DNA from: Blastochloris viridis
GTDB taxonomy: Bacteria; Pseudomonadota; Alphaproteobacteria; UBA2136; UBA6156
Reading direction: 5' to 3'
Assembly: GCA_005768725.1 (NCBI GenBank)
Contig: VAFM01000002.1
Coordinates: 546,048-610,047, forward strand
Length of the DNA stretch: 64,000 nt
Notes under the pieces: generated by a model
The model's database searches: none
Told to the model about the DNA's origin: nothing
Seen by the model: the letters and a program-made list of their open reading frames with translations, nothing else
Made by a program: the position numbers and the translations under genes
Part shown: in pieces, positions 20,709-29,911 of the stretch
How the letters are laid out: every line of letters starts with the position of its first letter
Position numbering within the stretch: the stretch's first letter is position 1

Positions 20709-21956
20709 TTAGACGAGGGGGAGCGGACGCAGAATGCGTTGTAAAATACTGTTCAGCAGCGGCCATCCGGCGTCCGTCAGATGAAGATGGCTGCGTGTAC
20801 GCTTTAACAGGCCTTTCGAGATCAAAAAGGCCACTTCATCGGTGTCAATTGCCGCTTTATACAGCGCCTCTGGAGAGTGTTTTAAGAGGGAGTCCATATC
20901 AACACCCTCTGCAAGACGTAAACCTGCAAAAAACGCTTCCTGAATCGCTTCAGCAGGTGTGAGCTCGGTGACGTGCAAAACGCGCGAAATATCCTCTACA
21001 GCACGGAAATAACTGTCGGGATGCTTCAAAACACGTGTCGCTAAAACATCACGGGGAGAGGTGTGCAGGCGGCCGTGAGCTCCCGGTCCGAAGCCGGCAT
21101 AATCGCCATAACGCCAGATGTGCAGGTTATGGCGGCATTCCTTGCCCGGCTTGCAGAAATTGCTGATCTCATAATTACTATAGTTATGCTGCCGCAGAAT
21201 CTGACGCGTTTCTTCAAAGAAAACATGCTCTTGATCGCTGTCCAGAGGCTCCCACGCGCCGCGCCGTACAGCTGTGTAAAACGCTGTGTTGGGTTCGATC
21301 GTCAGCTGATAGGCGGAAATATGACTTAAACCGCGGTCAGCAAGGAAATGCAGCAGTTCGCGCCAGTCGGCGATATCCTGATTCGGTAAGCCATAGATCA
21401 CGTCGGCATTTACGTTGTCAAAAACGCTCTGCGCGGCATCCAGCGTGGCTAGAGCATCGCTAACACTATGTTCGCGGCCTAAAAAGGTGAGCCATTCGGG
21501 TTTAAGGCCTTGAATGCCGATGCTGATGCGGTTAACGCCACAGGATTTAAGATCTTGAAAAAACTGTTGTGCTTCAACCGGAGAGGCAAAACTGGTAGGG
21601 TTACACTCGACGGTGACTTCCATATCCGGCTCTGGCGGAGCAATTTCGGTCAATCCGATGATGAGCTTTTCCAATGTTTTGGGAGACATCAGGCTAGGCG
21701 TGCCGCCCCCGAAAAACACGCTGGTGAGAGAGCTGTGTGTAGGCCGGAATTGTACCTTTTGTGAAGGGGTAATGACTCCATGATCATGAAAATGCCGAAA
21801 CTCACGCAAAACGGCGTTGAGATAGTCCTGCTCGCGTGGGGCGCTGGCATGGCTGTTGAAGTCGCAATACGGGCACTTGGCCTTGCACCAAGGCCAGTGC
21901 ACATAGGCTGCCAAAGGAGTTGGCGATGCCCTGAATTCCTGTAAGGAATCACTCAC
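20709..21956 (-). CDS. hemW: radical-SAM heme chaperone HemW (HemN-like, oxygen-independent coproporphyrinogen-III oxidase family)
   Basis: YVHWPWCKAKCPYCDFNS radical-SAM CxxxCxxC motif near the N-terminus; 415 aa; rph-rdgB-hemW order. Confidence 0.9.
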   Translation of the reverse strand: MSDSLQEFRASPTPLAAYVHWPWCKAKCPYCDFNSHASAPREQDYLNAVLREFRHFHDHGVITPSQKVQFRPTHSSLTSVFFGGGTPSLMSPKTLEKLIIGLTEIAPPEPDMEVTVECNPTSFASPVEAQQFFQDLKSCGVNRISIGIQGLKPEWLTFLGREHSVSDALATLDAAQSVFDNVNADVIYGLPNQDIADWRELLHFLADRGLSHISAYQLTIEPNTAFYTAVRRGAWEPLDSDQEHVFFEETRQILRQHNYSNYEISNFCKPGKECRHNLHIWRYGDYAGFGPGAHGRLHTSPRDVLATRVLKHPDSYFRAVEDISRVLHVTELTPAEAIQEAFFAGLRLAEGVDMDSLLKHSPEALYKAAIDTDEVAFLISKGLLKRTRSHLHLTDAGWPLLNSILQRILRPLPLV

Positions 21957-21958
21957 GT

Positions 21959-22585
21959 TTAAGACTCCAGCCAGGCGGCGGGTTGGCGCAAGGCAGCGCC
22001 ACGATGGGAGAAGCTGTGTTTGGCCTCAGCGGTCATCTCTGCAAATGTCTGTAACTGGCCCTCAGGGCGGAACACAGGGTCATACCCAAAACCTTTTTCG
22101 CCACGCGCATCGAGTGTAATAACGCCTTCGCACACGCCCTCAAAAAACGTTGTAACGCCTTGCGGAGACTGCAAGGCCAGAACACACACGAAGCGCGCCT
22201 GCCGTTGTTTCTCCGGCGTCTCCTTCAGTGCGTTTAAGAGCTTTTCCCACCCTCCGTAGTGCGCCGTATCGACGCCTGGCGCGCCGTTTAAGGTAAGCAC
22301 TTTCAGACCAGAATCATCGGCCAGAGTCCAACAGCCGGTCGCAAGGCGTCCTTGGGTTGCTTTCAATTCAGCGTTGGCATGGAAGGTTGTGCCCGTTTCT
22401 TCGGGCGCGGGCAGGCCTTCCTCGGCAAGTGTGCGCATGCGGAACCCGAAGGGAGAGAGGAGCGTTTCTAATTCACGCGCCTTGCCGACGTTGTGTGTTG
22501 CAAGGAGCAGCGTCTCGCCGCGTTGGGGGCGATTTTCCAGTAAATTCGGGGCATTAAGAGTCATCGGGAGTGGCTTTCGGGTCAA
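21959..22585 (-). CDS. rdgB: non-canonical purine NTP pyrophosphatase RdgB/HAM1 (start may be the internal Met at 22564)
   Basis: LLLATHNVGKARE ... FGYDPVF... motifs; ~200 aa; between rph and hemW. Confidence 0.9.
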   Translation of the reverse strand: MTRKPLPMTLNAPNLLENRPQRGETLLLATHNVGKARELETLLSPFGFRMRTLAEEGLPAPEETGTTFHANAELKATQGRLATGCWTLADDSGLKVLTLNGAPGVDTAHYGGWEKLLNALKETPEKQRQARFVCVLALQSPQGVTTFFEGVCEGVITLDARGEKGFGYDPVFRPEGQLQTFAEMTAEAKHSFSHRGAALRQPAAWLES

Positions 22586-22682
22586 GTCTGAAAACAGTGC
22601 GCAAGCAGCATCGAGAGAGTTGTGTGGTGTTTGTGCAATGAGTAGGTATTTACTTAAATTTGACGGGTTGAAAATCAGACGA

Positions 22683-23426
22683 TTAGGCGCTCATTGCGAG
22701 TGCCTGCTGTTGCAGATCGATAAGCTGGCGAATGCCTTGGGCAGCATAATCTTTCATCAGGGCAATCTCGGCATCCTTCACGGGGCGTTGCTCGGCGGAG
22801 ACCTGAACCTCAATCCAGTCGCCACTGGCCGACATGACAAAGTTCGCATCGGCGTGTGTCTGGCTGTCTTCGGCATAATCCATGTCCAGAATAACGCCCG
22901 TATCTGTAAGTCCGCAGGAAATGGCGGCCACAGGCTCTCGCAATACAGGGCCTCTCAGCAGTTTTTTGGAAGCGCATTCGCGCAAAGCCAGCGCAGCGGC
23001 AATATAGCTGCCGGTAATGGCTGCTGTGCGCGTTCCGCCATCGGCGACCAGTACATCGCAATCGAGCCAGAGAGTCAGGCCATCCATGTCGGAGAGGGTG
23101 CAAATGCTGCGCAGGGAGCGGCCAATAAGGCGTTGAATTTCAACGGTGCGGCCGTCCTGCTTGCCGCGTGTCGCTTCACGGTCTTTGCGTTCGCCTGTTG
23201 CGCGCGGCAACATGCCGTACTCGGCTGTTAGCCAGCCCTGGCCTTTGCCTTTCAGCCATTGCGGCACTTTGGTTTGCACGCTGGCCGTGCAAATCACCTC
23301 GGTACGACCAAACTGAATAAGGCAGCTGCCTTCCGCGTAAGGGTTGCAACCGGTCGTAATACGCACTTCACGCAGCTCGTTGGCGGTGCGTCCGTCAGCG
23401 CGCAGAGGGGTAGATGGTGTGGTCAT
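22683..23426 (-). CDS. rph: ribonuclease PH
   Basis: RADGRTANELREVRITTG... GTRTAAITGSYIA; 247 aa. Confidence 0.95.
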   Translation of the reverse strand: MTTPSTPLRADGRTANELREVRITTGCNPYAEGSCLIQFGRTEVICTASVQTKVPQWLKGKGQGWLTAEYGMLPRATGERKDREATRGKQDGRTVEIQRLIGRSLRSICTLSDMDGLTLWLDCDVLVADGGTRTAAITGSYIAAALALRECASKKLLRGPVLREPVAAISCGLTDTGVILDMDYAEDSQTHADANFVMSASGDWIEVQVSAEQRPVKDAEIALMKDYAAQGIRQLIDLQQQALAMSA

Positions 23427-23570
23427 GATAAAAATCCTTTTAATCGTCCCTCAAGAGGTGGGTCTGACCTTTAAGGAAGCTTGGCCGGAAAGGCAAGCTT
23501 TCTGGCAGTGCGTTCAATGATGCATGTGAAACATTGAACGGAAGTGACGCATTATAGCACTTATTGAATA

Positions 23571-24038
23571 TTAGGATTGATAGTGACTTATGCTTTCAAC
23601 AACGAAGTTGATATGGTCTTTGGGTGATATTTTTCGCTTGGCTGCAACAAGGTCCCCCTGGGGGCTGTAAATGAAAATATCACGCGAAAGACCCATATAA
23701 GTGCGCCCGTACATGCTCTTCTGCACCCAGGAATGAAACTGATTTGCAAGGATTTGCGCGTTATCGCTCAGTAAATCGAAGTTAAGACCTTCTTTTTGCT
23801 TGAATTTGACGAGAGTGGCGGGGGCATCGGGGCTGATGCCATAGGTGATTGCGTTCAGCTTGCTCAAAACGTCCTTATTATCCCGTATGGCACAGGCTTG
23901 CTCTGTACAGCCAGATGTCATGGCTTTCGGGTAAAAGTAAATAACTACAAACTTACCTAGCGTTTCTGCGATCTGTACAGGGGTGCCGTCTTGGTTGAGA
24001 AGCTCAAGATGAGGGATCGTGCGGGGAGCTTGCTGCAT
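23571..24038 (-). CDS. bcp: peroxiredoxin (Bcp / thiol peroxidase family, thioredoxin fold)
   Basis: FVVIYFYPKAMTSGCTEQAC peroxidatic-Cys motif; 155 aa. Lower GC than the upstream core genes. Confidence 0.8.
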   Translation of the reverse strand: MQQAPRTIPHLELLNQDGTPVQIAETLGKFVVIYFYPKAMTSGCTEQACAIRDNKDVLSKLNAITYGISPDAPATLVKFKQKEGLNFDLLSDNAQILANQFHSWVQKSMYGRTYMGLSRDIFIYSPQGDLVAAKRKISPKDHINFVVESISHYQS

Positions 24039-24186
24039 GGCGTGTCGTTCCTTTCCTTTGTCAGTGGGCAGATGCTAGGCATTGTCATGACCTCTGGCAA
24101 TCCCAAATGCGTCTGGCTGGCGTATAAAGGAGTGTAATGAGGTCGCCGAAGCAGTGTGTGACCTGAAATAGAAGGGGATAGGGATT

Positions 24187-24663
24187 GTGAAACAATCGAC
24201 AAAAGCGAGCGCTGAACGGCAGACAAATAAAGCGAGTCAGAGCGCCAAGAAGACTGTTGCAGATAAGAATGCAAAGGCGGATCTCGCAAAAGAAAATTCT
24301 AGCTTTCAAAAGAAAGCAAGCGTGACAGGATGGATTCAGGATGCCTCTTTGGAGACGTCTTTAGCATCTTTTGGATATGAGCCGAAGCCGGGTGAGCGTG
24401 AGGTTGAGTTTTCGGTCGCGATGCGCCGTCGCCAGGAAGAGGGGCGTGATTATGCTGAACTACGTGGCCGGGCTCTGATCCATGCCTCCGGAAACGTCCT
24501 GGCGCTCGCTGAGGCCAGCTACGTGGCGGAAATGGGGACGGATGAGAGTGAGGCCGTTTTGGTTCAGGGCATGTATCCATCCCTGCGCGACGCGCTCCAA
24601 TCGCTGCTGCAAATGGCTGGGCACACCCCGCCATTACCAGAATCTCTGGAAAATGCGGCCTAA
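24187..24663 (+). CDS. hypothetical protein (158 aa); Lys-rich N-terminus, no confident family
   Basis: ORF preceded by an aggggatagggattg RBS-like region; followed by a terminator. A weak SecB-like impression from the C-terminal half only. Confidence 0.4.
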   Translation: MKQSTKASAERQTNKASQSAKKTVADKNAKADLAKENSSFQKKASVTGWIQDASLETSLASFGYEPKPGEREVEFSVAMRRRQEEGRDYAELRGRALIHASGNVLALAEASYVAEMGTDESEAVLVQGMYPSLRDALQSLLQMAGHTPPLPESLENAA

Positions 24664-24805
24664 AATAGGTCGTATTTTTTTGCCATAGAGGGTGTCCAGG
24701 AGGAATTCTAGGTGATGCATATAGGCAATAATGTGTGTCTTGTGTGCTTTAGAAGAAAATCTTTAGATTCATGAAAACAACCGCCTAAACACTAGCCTAT
24801 GGTGA

Positions 24806-24834
24806 GAAAAAGCCCCTTATCGGGGCTTTAAACT
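24806..24834. terminator. bidirectional rho-independent terminator
   Basis: aaaaagccccttatcggggcttt between convergent genes. Confidence 0.75.
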
Positions 24835-24851
24835 GATAAATAAGGGATTTT

Positions 24852-25151
24852 CTAGTGGATCATGCTGGCAGCGAATGTGCTGATGACTTTCAGAATTCCG
24901 TTACGAATGAACACAATTGCCACGATCAGAACAACGGGGGTCAGGTCCAGTCCGCCGATCAGGGGAACATAGGGGCGCAGCTTTTCCAACACAGGCTCCG
25001 TAATATTCCGCAGGATGCGAACCAGGGGGTTGAGGGGGTCTGGATTGACCCAGCTGAAGATAGCTACGGCAATGATAATGCACATATAAATCAGCAGAAG
25101 CGAGTCGATGATATTGACCGCAGCCAGCAGGGGGTAGGCGATGGCGTACAT
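24852..25151 (-). CDS. YggT-family integral membrane protein
   Basis: 99 aa, four hydrophobic segments, conserved YggT-like pattern (IIDSLLLIYMCIIIAVAIFSW ... PLIGGLDLTPVVLIVAI). Confidence 0.7.
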   Translation of the reverse strand: MYAIAYPLLAAVNIIDSLLLIYMCIIIAVAIFSWVNPDPLNPLVRILRNITEPVLEKLRPYVPLIGGLDLTPVVLIVAIVFIRNGILKVISTFAASMIH

Positions 25152-25216
25152 GGTTGTCTCCTTTTTTTCTGTTTATAGATAGCATATCCTGAAGGAAAAG
25201 AAAGAGAACCTCCGAA

Positions 25217-26371
25217 ATGGCCTACCCTCTACGCCTCTTGATGAGCCAGCCGGCTTATGAAGCTGCTGTCGCAGGGCGCCACGCACAGGCTGTCAGGCTG
25301 GCTCAGGGGTTCAAGAAATATGGTTTTGACAGCTGTGGCAAGAGTGTGTCTAAAATACAGGCAATGCCAGTGGCAAAGAGAGGGAGTGTGTTTCACGTGC
25401 AACGGATGTTGAGTGAAGGTTTGAATCAGTTGATGCAGTTAAGGGAGGGTGCTTTATTGACGCATTCCCGCAACAATCGCCTTAAATGGAGCCATGTCTG
25501 CTTAGCAGGGACGGCTTTGGCTGTTTTTCAAGGGTTTTTAACGATTGGGCATGCTGAAGATAAGGAGTGTATCAACTTCTATACGGTCGGAGACAGCAAA
25601 TGTGAGCCGGCAACCAAGGCAACTGAGCCGTCTTCAAATGCTCCCACGCTGTTAAAGCCGACAACTGCGAAGAGCGATGACCAAAAAGTGGATGAGTACC
25701 TTGAAAACTATGGGAAACCGCCGCGGGAATTTGTTGAGTTTTATATGAACCCTACACCGGATAATGCCAAAAAGTGGGTGGAAGCCTACCAAGGGATCGT
25801 GCAGAAGAGTCAGGATCTGTCCAAGATGTGGGAAGATGCCGAGCGTCTCTACACTCAGCAGGGAGCAGAACCGGCATTGCGTCGTCCCGCAACGGTCGTA
25901 CCGGCAGTTACACCTCAACCGACTACGCACCCTCAACCTGCTGTCACGGTTCCGTCGGCTCAGGCTTCGCCACTGGGCAATTTTGGTGGTTTGAATGCGG
26001 TCCCCGTAGCAGCTCAAACCGGGGGAGTGATGCCTCAGGACCAGGGGCTGAAACTGACCTATTACTTCAGTCAGGTCTGCCCGTACTGTGCGCGTATGAC
26101 ACCTGAATTATCTGTATTAACAAATAATTATTCAGGTAAGTTAGAATTTACTTGCGTAGATGTGACGCCGTTCTCCGGTGCAACAGCACCCAACCCAGCC
26201 TATCTGCGTGACAAATTGGCATGCCAGTGGCGTTTGCCGGGAGAAGGAGAATTGCAGCGCGAAGGTGTGAACCAGACCCCAACGTTACTCGTACAACAGG
26301 GTGGCAAGGCACAGGTGAAACTTTCCGGTTACATGTCGCAGGAGCAACTCAAGCCGTACTTCGCCCGTTAG
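25217..26371 (+). CDS. periplasmic thioredoxin-fold protein with CPYC active site (DsbA/TrbB-like thiol:disulfide oxidoreductase); start uncertain (25217/25364/25406)
   Basis: C-terminal LTYYFSQVCPYCARMTPEL followed by a thioredoxin-like fold. Signal-like WSHVCLAGTALAVFQGFLTIGHA upstream. Pro/Thr-rich linker. Confidence 0.55.
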   Translation: MAYPLRLLMSQPAYEAAVAGRHAQAVRLAQGFKKYGFDSCGKSVSKIQAMPVAKRGSVFHVQRMLSEGLNQLMQLREGALLTHSRNNRLKWSHVCLAGTALAVFQGFLTIGHAEDKECINFYTVGDSKCEPATKATEPSSNAPTLLKPTTAKSDDQKVDEYLENYGKPPREFVEFYMNPTPDNAKKWVEAYQGIVQKSQDLSKMWEDAERLYTQQGAEPALRRPATVVPAVTPQPTTHPQPAVTVPSAQASPLGNFGGLNAVPVAAQTGGVMPQDQGLKLTYYFSQVCPYCARMTPELSVLTNNYSGKLEFTCVDVTPFSGATAPNPAYLRDKLACQWRLPGEGELQREGVNQTPTLLVQQGGKAQVKLSGYMSQEQLKPYFAR

Positions 26372-26410
26372 GCATCAGAGTAAAAGCGCGCCACAAGTAA
26401 GCCGCTTAAT

Positions 26411-26442
26411 GTCGAAACCCCGTCTGTCAGGCGGGGCTTTTC
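26411..26442 (+). terminator. rho-independent terminator
   Basis: aaaccccgtctgtcaggcggggctttt. Confidence 0.7.
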
Positions 26443-26502
26443 TTTCCCTTCATAAGACAGCACAATAAGCCCTGCTTCCGGCAGGAAAGAAAGGATATAC
26501 CC

Positions 26503-26832
26503 ATGAGTGAGATCAAGACCCAGGCGGTCAGCGCCAAGATCGGCGGCGAGACAGCTTTTGTGAAGGAGCGCCTTATCTGGGCGAGCCGTCCGATGGGCCT
26601 GCTCATTCTGGTTCTCTGGATTTTGCACCCGGCTACCGGTATCGGCTCGGACGCAGTGCACCTGGCTCTGATGGGCTTTCTGGCGGGGACGGCCTACGGG
26701 CTGGTTCTGTATGGCCGCAAGCTGCGTTCCTACCTGACCCTCAAGCCCGCCAGCCTGACCCAGACCCCCAACCGCGTGCCGTCTGAATACTACTGGGGTA
26801 GCATCGCGCAAGTGATGTACGACAACAGCTAA
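26503..26832 (+). CDS. small membrane protein (109 aa, 2-3 TM helices)
   Basis: aaggatatacccATG RBS; hydrophobic segments LLILVLWILHPA and LALMGFLAGTAYGLVLYG. Directly upstream of the T4CP-like ATPase. Confidence 0.5.
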   Translation: MSEIKTQAVSAKIGGETAFVKERLIWASRPMGLLILVLWILHPATGIGSDAVHLALMGFLAGTAYGLVLYGRKLRSYLTLKPASLTQTPNRVPSEYYWGSIAQVMYDNS

Positions 26833-26870
26833 GCCGTAAAGCAAGATAAAATAAATAGATAGACCGCCCC

Positions 26871-28283
26871 ATGAGCCAGGATCTCTTCCTTCCGTCCGAT
26901 CTTCTCTCCCGTCACTGTCTGGGTATTGCTGCCACCGGGGGTGGTAAGTCCAATTTCCTGAACCTGATCCTCAAACAGCAGATGATGCGCGGAGGCGGGG
27001 TTATTCACGTCGACGGGAAGAACAACAAGGATGCCATTCGCGAATTCCTGACGCTGGCCGAGCAGCATAACCGCTGGCAGGACGTGCGGATCATCAATAT
27101 CGATGAAGCCTCTCTTAGTAATACCTATAACCCGCTGCTGCGTGGCGACGCGGAAGAGTTGACGACGCGTATCATGCTGCTGATCGGCAGTGGCGGCGAT
27201 TCCTTTTTCCGTTCGCAGGCCAGTAAGGGTCTGGGAGCCATTTCCGGCTTGGTGAAGCGTATGGGCGTCCCGTTCAGCTTTGCGGACCTCTCTGTGCTGA
27301 TGGGAAGCGAGGGGGCGCTGCGTTATCTGCTGCGGGAAGCACCGAAGGATACCCGCGAATACACCGATTTTAAGATGTTCTTTGACCAATTGCTGGAAGC
27401 GGACCGTCGTACGGGTGCGATGATCGTCAGCGAAAAGAAGCTTCAGCATACCTTTGGCGATATGCTTGGCCGCTTGGCGGCCTATACCCGTGGCCAGGCG
27501 CGCGACGTAGTAAACAGTTACAATCCGGAAGTGGATCTGCTGCAGGCGATTAAGGAAAACCTGCTGGTGTATGTGGCGTTGCCCATGCTCAGTAAGGCGG
27601 AAGTGGCCACCGACTTTGCCAAGATCTTCCTCTCCGACCTGCGTACCGCCGTCGGTCAGCTCCAGAACGTGCCGCCGGAGCAGCGTCCGAATCCGACCTT
27701 CCTCTGTCTGATGGACGAGTTCAGCAGCTACGCCATGCCTACCCTGGCGCCGCTGTTCGAGCAGGCGCGTTCGGCTAATATCTGTCTGTTCCCCTTTATC
27801 CAGACCGTCTCGTCGCTGTCGGATAAGGAGCGTGGCCTGAGTCCGGACTTTGCCCAGAAGATTATCGGTAACACATGGAATAAAATAAGTTTTGTGTTAA
27901 AAGACCCGGAATCGTGCGAGCAGATGAGCAAGATTGCCGGTCAGGCGCTGAAGGAGTTTGTCAGCAAGAGTGTAGGCGAAAACATTGGCTTTGCCTCCGG
28001 CACGCAGGATGCTTCGATGCTTTATACTGCCAACCGTGGGCGCAGTGTCAGTACGTCGACCCGTGTCGAGTACGATGCCGTGGCGCGCCCGGAAGACTTC
28101 AGTAACCTCAAGGTCGGGGAAGGCATCTATATGGGTCCCAGTGGGGTGATGAAGATCCGGGTTCCCTTAGTCAAGCTGGCCAAAAATGGCGAAGATATTG
28201 TTTTTCCGCGCTTCCGTATGACGCCGGTACCTGGCTTGGCGGTGGCTGAAAAATACCATATGTTCAGCGCCACAGGGGGTTAG
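26871..28283 (+). CDS. type IV coupling-protein-like (TraD/VirD4/TraG family) P-loop ATPase lacking an N-terminal membrane anchor
   Basis: Walker A GIAATGGGKSNFL at residue ~20; Walker B FLCLMDEFSSYA followed by a QTVSSL-type motif as in T4CP/FtsK-HerA ATPases; no TM helices; 470 aa. Confidence 0.55.
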   Translation: MSQDLFLPSDLLSRHCLGIAATGGGKSNFLNLILKQQMMRGGGVIHVDGKNNKDAIREFLTLAEQHNRWQDVRIINIDEASLSNTYNPLLRGDAEELTTRIMLLIGSGGDSFFRSQASKGLGAISGLVKRMGVPFSFADLSVLMGSEGALRYLLREAPKDTREYTDFKMFFDQLLEADRRTGAMIVSEKKLQHTFGDMLGRLAAYTRGQARDVVNSYNPEVDLLQAIKENLLVYVALPMLSKAEVATDFAKIFLSDLRTAVGQLQNVPPEQRPNPTFLCLMDEFSSYAMPTLAPLFEQARSANICLFPFIQTVSSLSDKERGLSPDFAQKIIGNTWNKISFVLKDPESCEQMSKIAGQALKEFVSKSVGENIGFASGTQDASMLYTANRGRSVSTSTRVEYDAVARPEDFSNLKVGEGIYMGPSGVMKIRVPLVKLAKNGEDIVFPRFRMTPVPGLAVAEKYHMFSATGG

Positions 28284-28321
28284 CGCATAATGGCAAAGCC
28301 TTTTAAGGAGAGAATGAGTTC

Positions 28322-28603
28322 ATGATCGCGTACCTCGCGCAGTTGTATGTCAATGTTATTGAGCCGGGCTTGCGTATCTTCGCGATTATTGCCCTGATCA
28401 TGGCGGTGCTCTATGTGTTCAACCTGCTGCGTGGCGGTAAGGACGACGCCATTACCAAGCTGGTGAACGGTTTCTTCCGCCTGATCTATAAGACGGTGTG
28501 TTTGTTTGGAGTCCTGATGGTCAAGTTGATGCGCGGCTTCATTAAGCGTATGATGCTGGTGTTTGCGGTTATTCGCGACTTTTTTACATCGCGCGATTTG
28601 TAG
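28322..28603 (+). CDS. small membrane protein (93 aa)
   Basis: Two hydrophobic helices (IFAIIALIMAVLYVF; VCLFGVLMVKL); RBS aaggagag. Confidence 0.45.
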   Translation: MIAYLAQLYVNVIEPGLRIFAIIALIMAVLYVFNLLRGGKDDAITKLVNGFFRLIYKTVCLFGVLMVKLMRGFIKRMMLVFAVIRDFFTSRDL

Positions 28604-28767
28604 TTATTTTAATGAGATAGATGGTGATTGCGATTGTGTTTGTGTAAAAGAGTTGTCAAAAATCACGAGTGTTCAACTTATCACATAAGGTGCTATTTAA
28701 GTGCTGCATAAAGAGGCGGTGTACTTGCCTATATTATAAGGTGTCTATTTAATTGGGTCAGAACAGT

Positions 28768-28785
28768 AACAGGTTTTCACCTGTT
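28768..28785. promoter_or_regulatory. perfect 7-bp inverted repeat (AACAGGT-tttc-ACCTGTT), operator-like, upstream of the lipoprotein gene
   Basis: Seen directly in an AT-rich promoter region ~30 nt upstream of the ATG at 28815 and just before the aaggag RBS. Confidence 0.35.
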
Positions 28786-28814
28786 GCAGAGGATACCAAG
28801 AAGGAGCCCCGGAT

Positions 28815-29735
28815 ATGGGAAAGACAGGCACGGTACGCATCGGTCGTCGGTATGGCTGGCACTTAAGCGTTGCGGCGGTGGCGTTGGTCGGCGGCGGTTG
28901 CCAGTCGGCACCGGGTCCTTACGGCGGTTACCCGGCGTATCCGGCCTATGATTACAGCACGGCGCCCCGCCCGGCAGCACAGGCTCCCCAGCCAGCTGTT
29001 ACCGAGGTTCCTTACCAGTCTCCGGCGTATCAGGCGTTGGAAGGTGCGACGATGGAATTGAAAGAGCGCCTCGACCGCGTCGAAAAAGCCATGCTGCGTC
29101 TGGACCGCCGCATGCAACTGGTGGAGCGCAACGAATTATCCCGCATGAACGGCCGTACCTCGTCCTTAGCACCGGCGACAGGTTCTGATGCCGGTCAGGC
29201 TGTGTCCGTCAGCGCCAATGCCTCGGATGTAGATGAAGCCATGAAGGCGTTGGGCCTGAACGATGCCTCTGGCTACCGTCCGGTTGTCAGTCGTAACGAA
29301 ACGATTACCTCGGCTTTGCAAGCCGCACCGAGCCTGGCCTCGACCGATATCGGCGCCCCGCGCAGCGAGCCGGTGCGCATGGCCAGCCGTAACAGTCTGC
29401 CGTCTCTGGCCGATCCGGTCCGTCCCGCGGGGCGTGATCTAAAAGCGGGTCAGCAGGATGTCGCCATCTGGACCGTCCATTACGAGTCCGGCAAGGTCTG
29501 GCCGGACCGCACCCAGTTGCCCTCCAGCCGTGATGTGGTGGATGTACTGCGTGAGAACGGTAAGGCCAATATCTATGCCCGCGGCAAAAACGCCAGCGCG
29601 GTCGAGTTCCGTGACCGCGTCAAGGCCCTTAGCCGTTACCTGTCCAAGGTCAGCAGTCTGGAGACCGTGCCGATTGCCGCCATGGCCGCGCCGCACCTCG
29701 ATGACGAGACCATTGAGATTGTTGTGACACACTAG
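28815..29735 (+). CDS. probable lipoprotein (306 aa), Pro/Tyr-rich N-terminal region then coiled coil; hypothetical
   Basis: Signal plus LVGGGC lipobox-like motif; GPYGGYPAYPAYDYS low-complexity region; no recognised family. Confidence 0.5.
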   Translation: MGKTGTVRIGRRYGWHLSVAAVALVGGGCQSAPGPYGGYPAYPAYDYSTAPRPAAQAPQPAVTEVPYQSPAYQALEGATMELKERLDRVEKAMLRLDRRMQLVERNELSRMNGRTSSLAPATGSDAGQAVSVSANASDVDEAMKALGLNDASGYRPVVSRNETITSALQAAPSLASTDIGAPRSEPVRMASRNSLPSLADPVRPAGRDLKAGQQDVAIWTVHYESGKVWPDRTQLPSSRDVVDVLRENGKANIYARGKNASAVEFRDRVKALSRYLSKVSSLETVPIAAMAAPHLDDETIEIVVTH

Positions 29736-29911
29736 TTTCTTACGGAGAGCTGTTGGAGGCCCGCTACGCTTGAGGTCTCCGGCAAAACCCCTTAGGATGA
29801 GCGAACGTTCACCTACTTCGGTAGAGGAATGATACCTATGCAGCTCCGGCTGCAAACGTGCCGAGGAAGACTCCCCTTTCTCGCCTAGAACCAAAAGAAA
29901 GGCACCTGCTT

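Noticed and set aside
23427-23570. Inverted repeats (AAGCTTG...CAAGCTT and TTCAATG...CATTGAA) between rph and bcp, considered as island att site or tRNA remnant
   Set aside because: No tRNA-like T-loop/acceptor sequence and no matching direct repeat within the window. More likely a small operator or weak terminator; the island boundary therefore remains unassigned rather than called.
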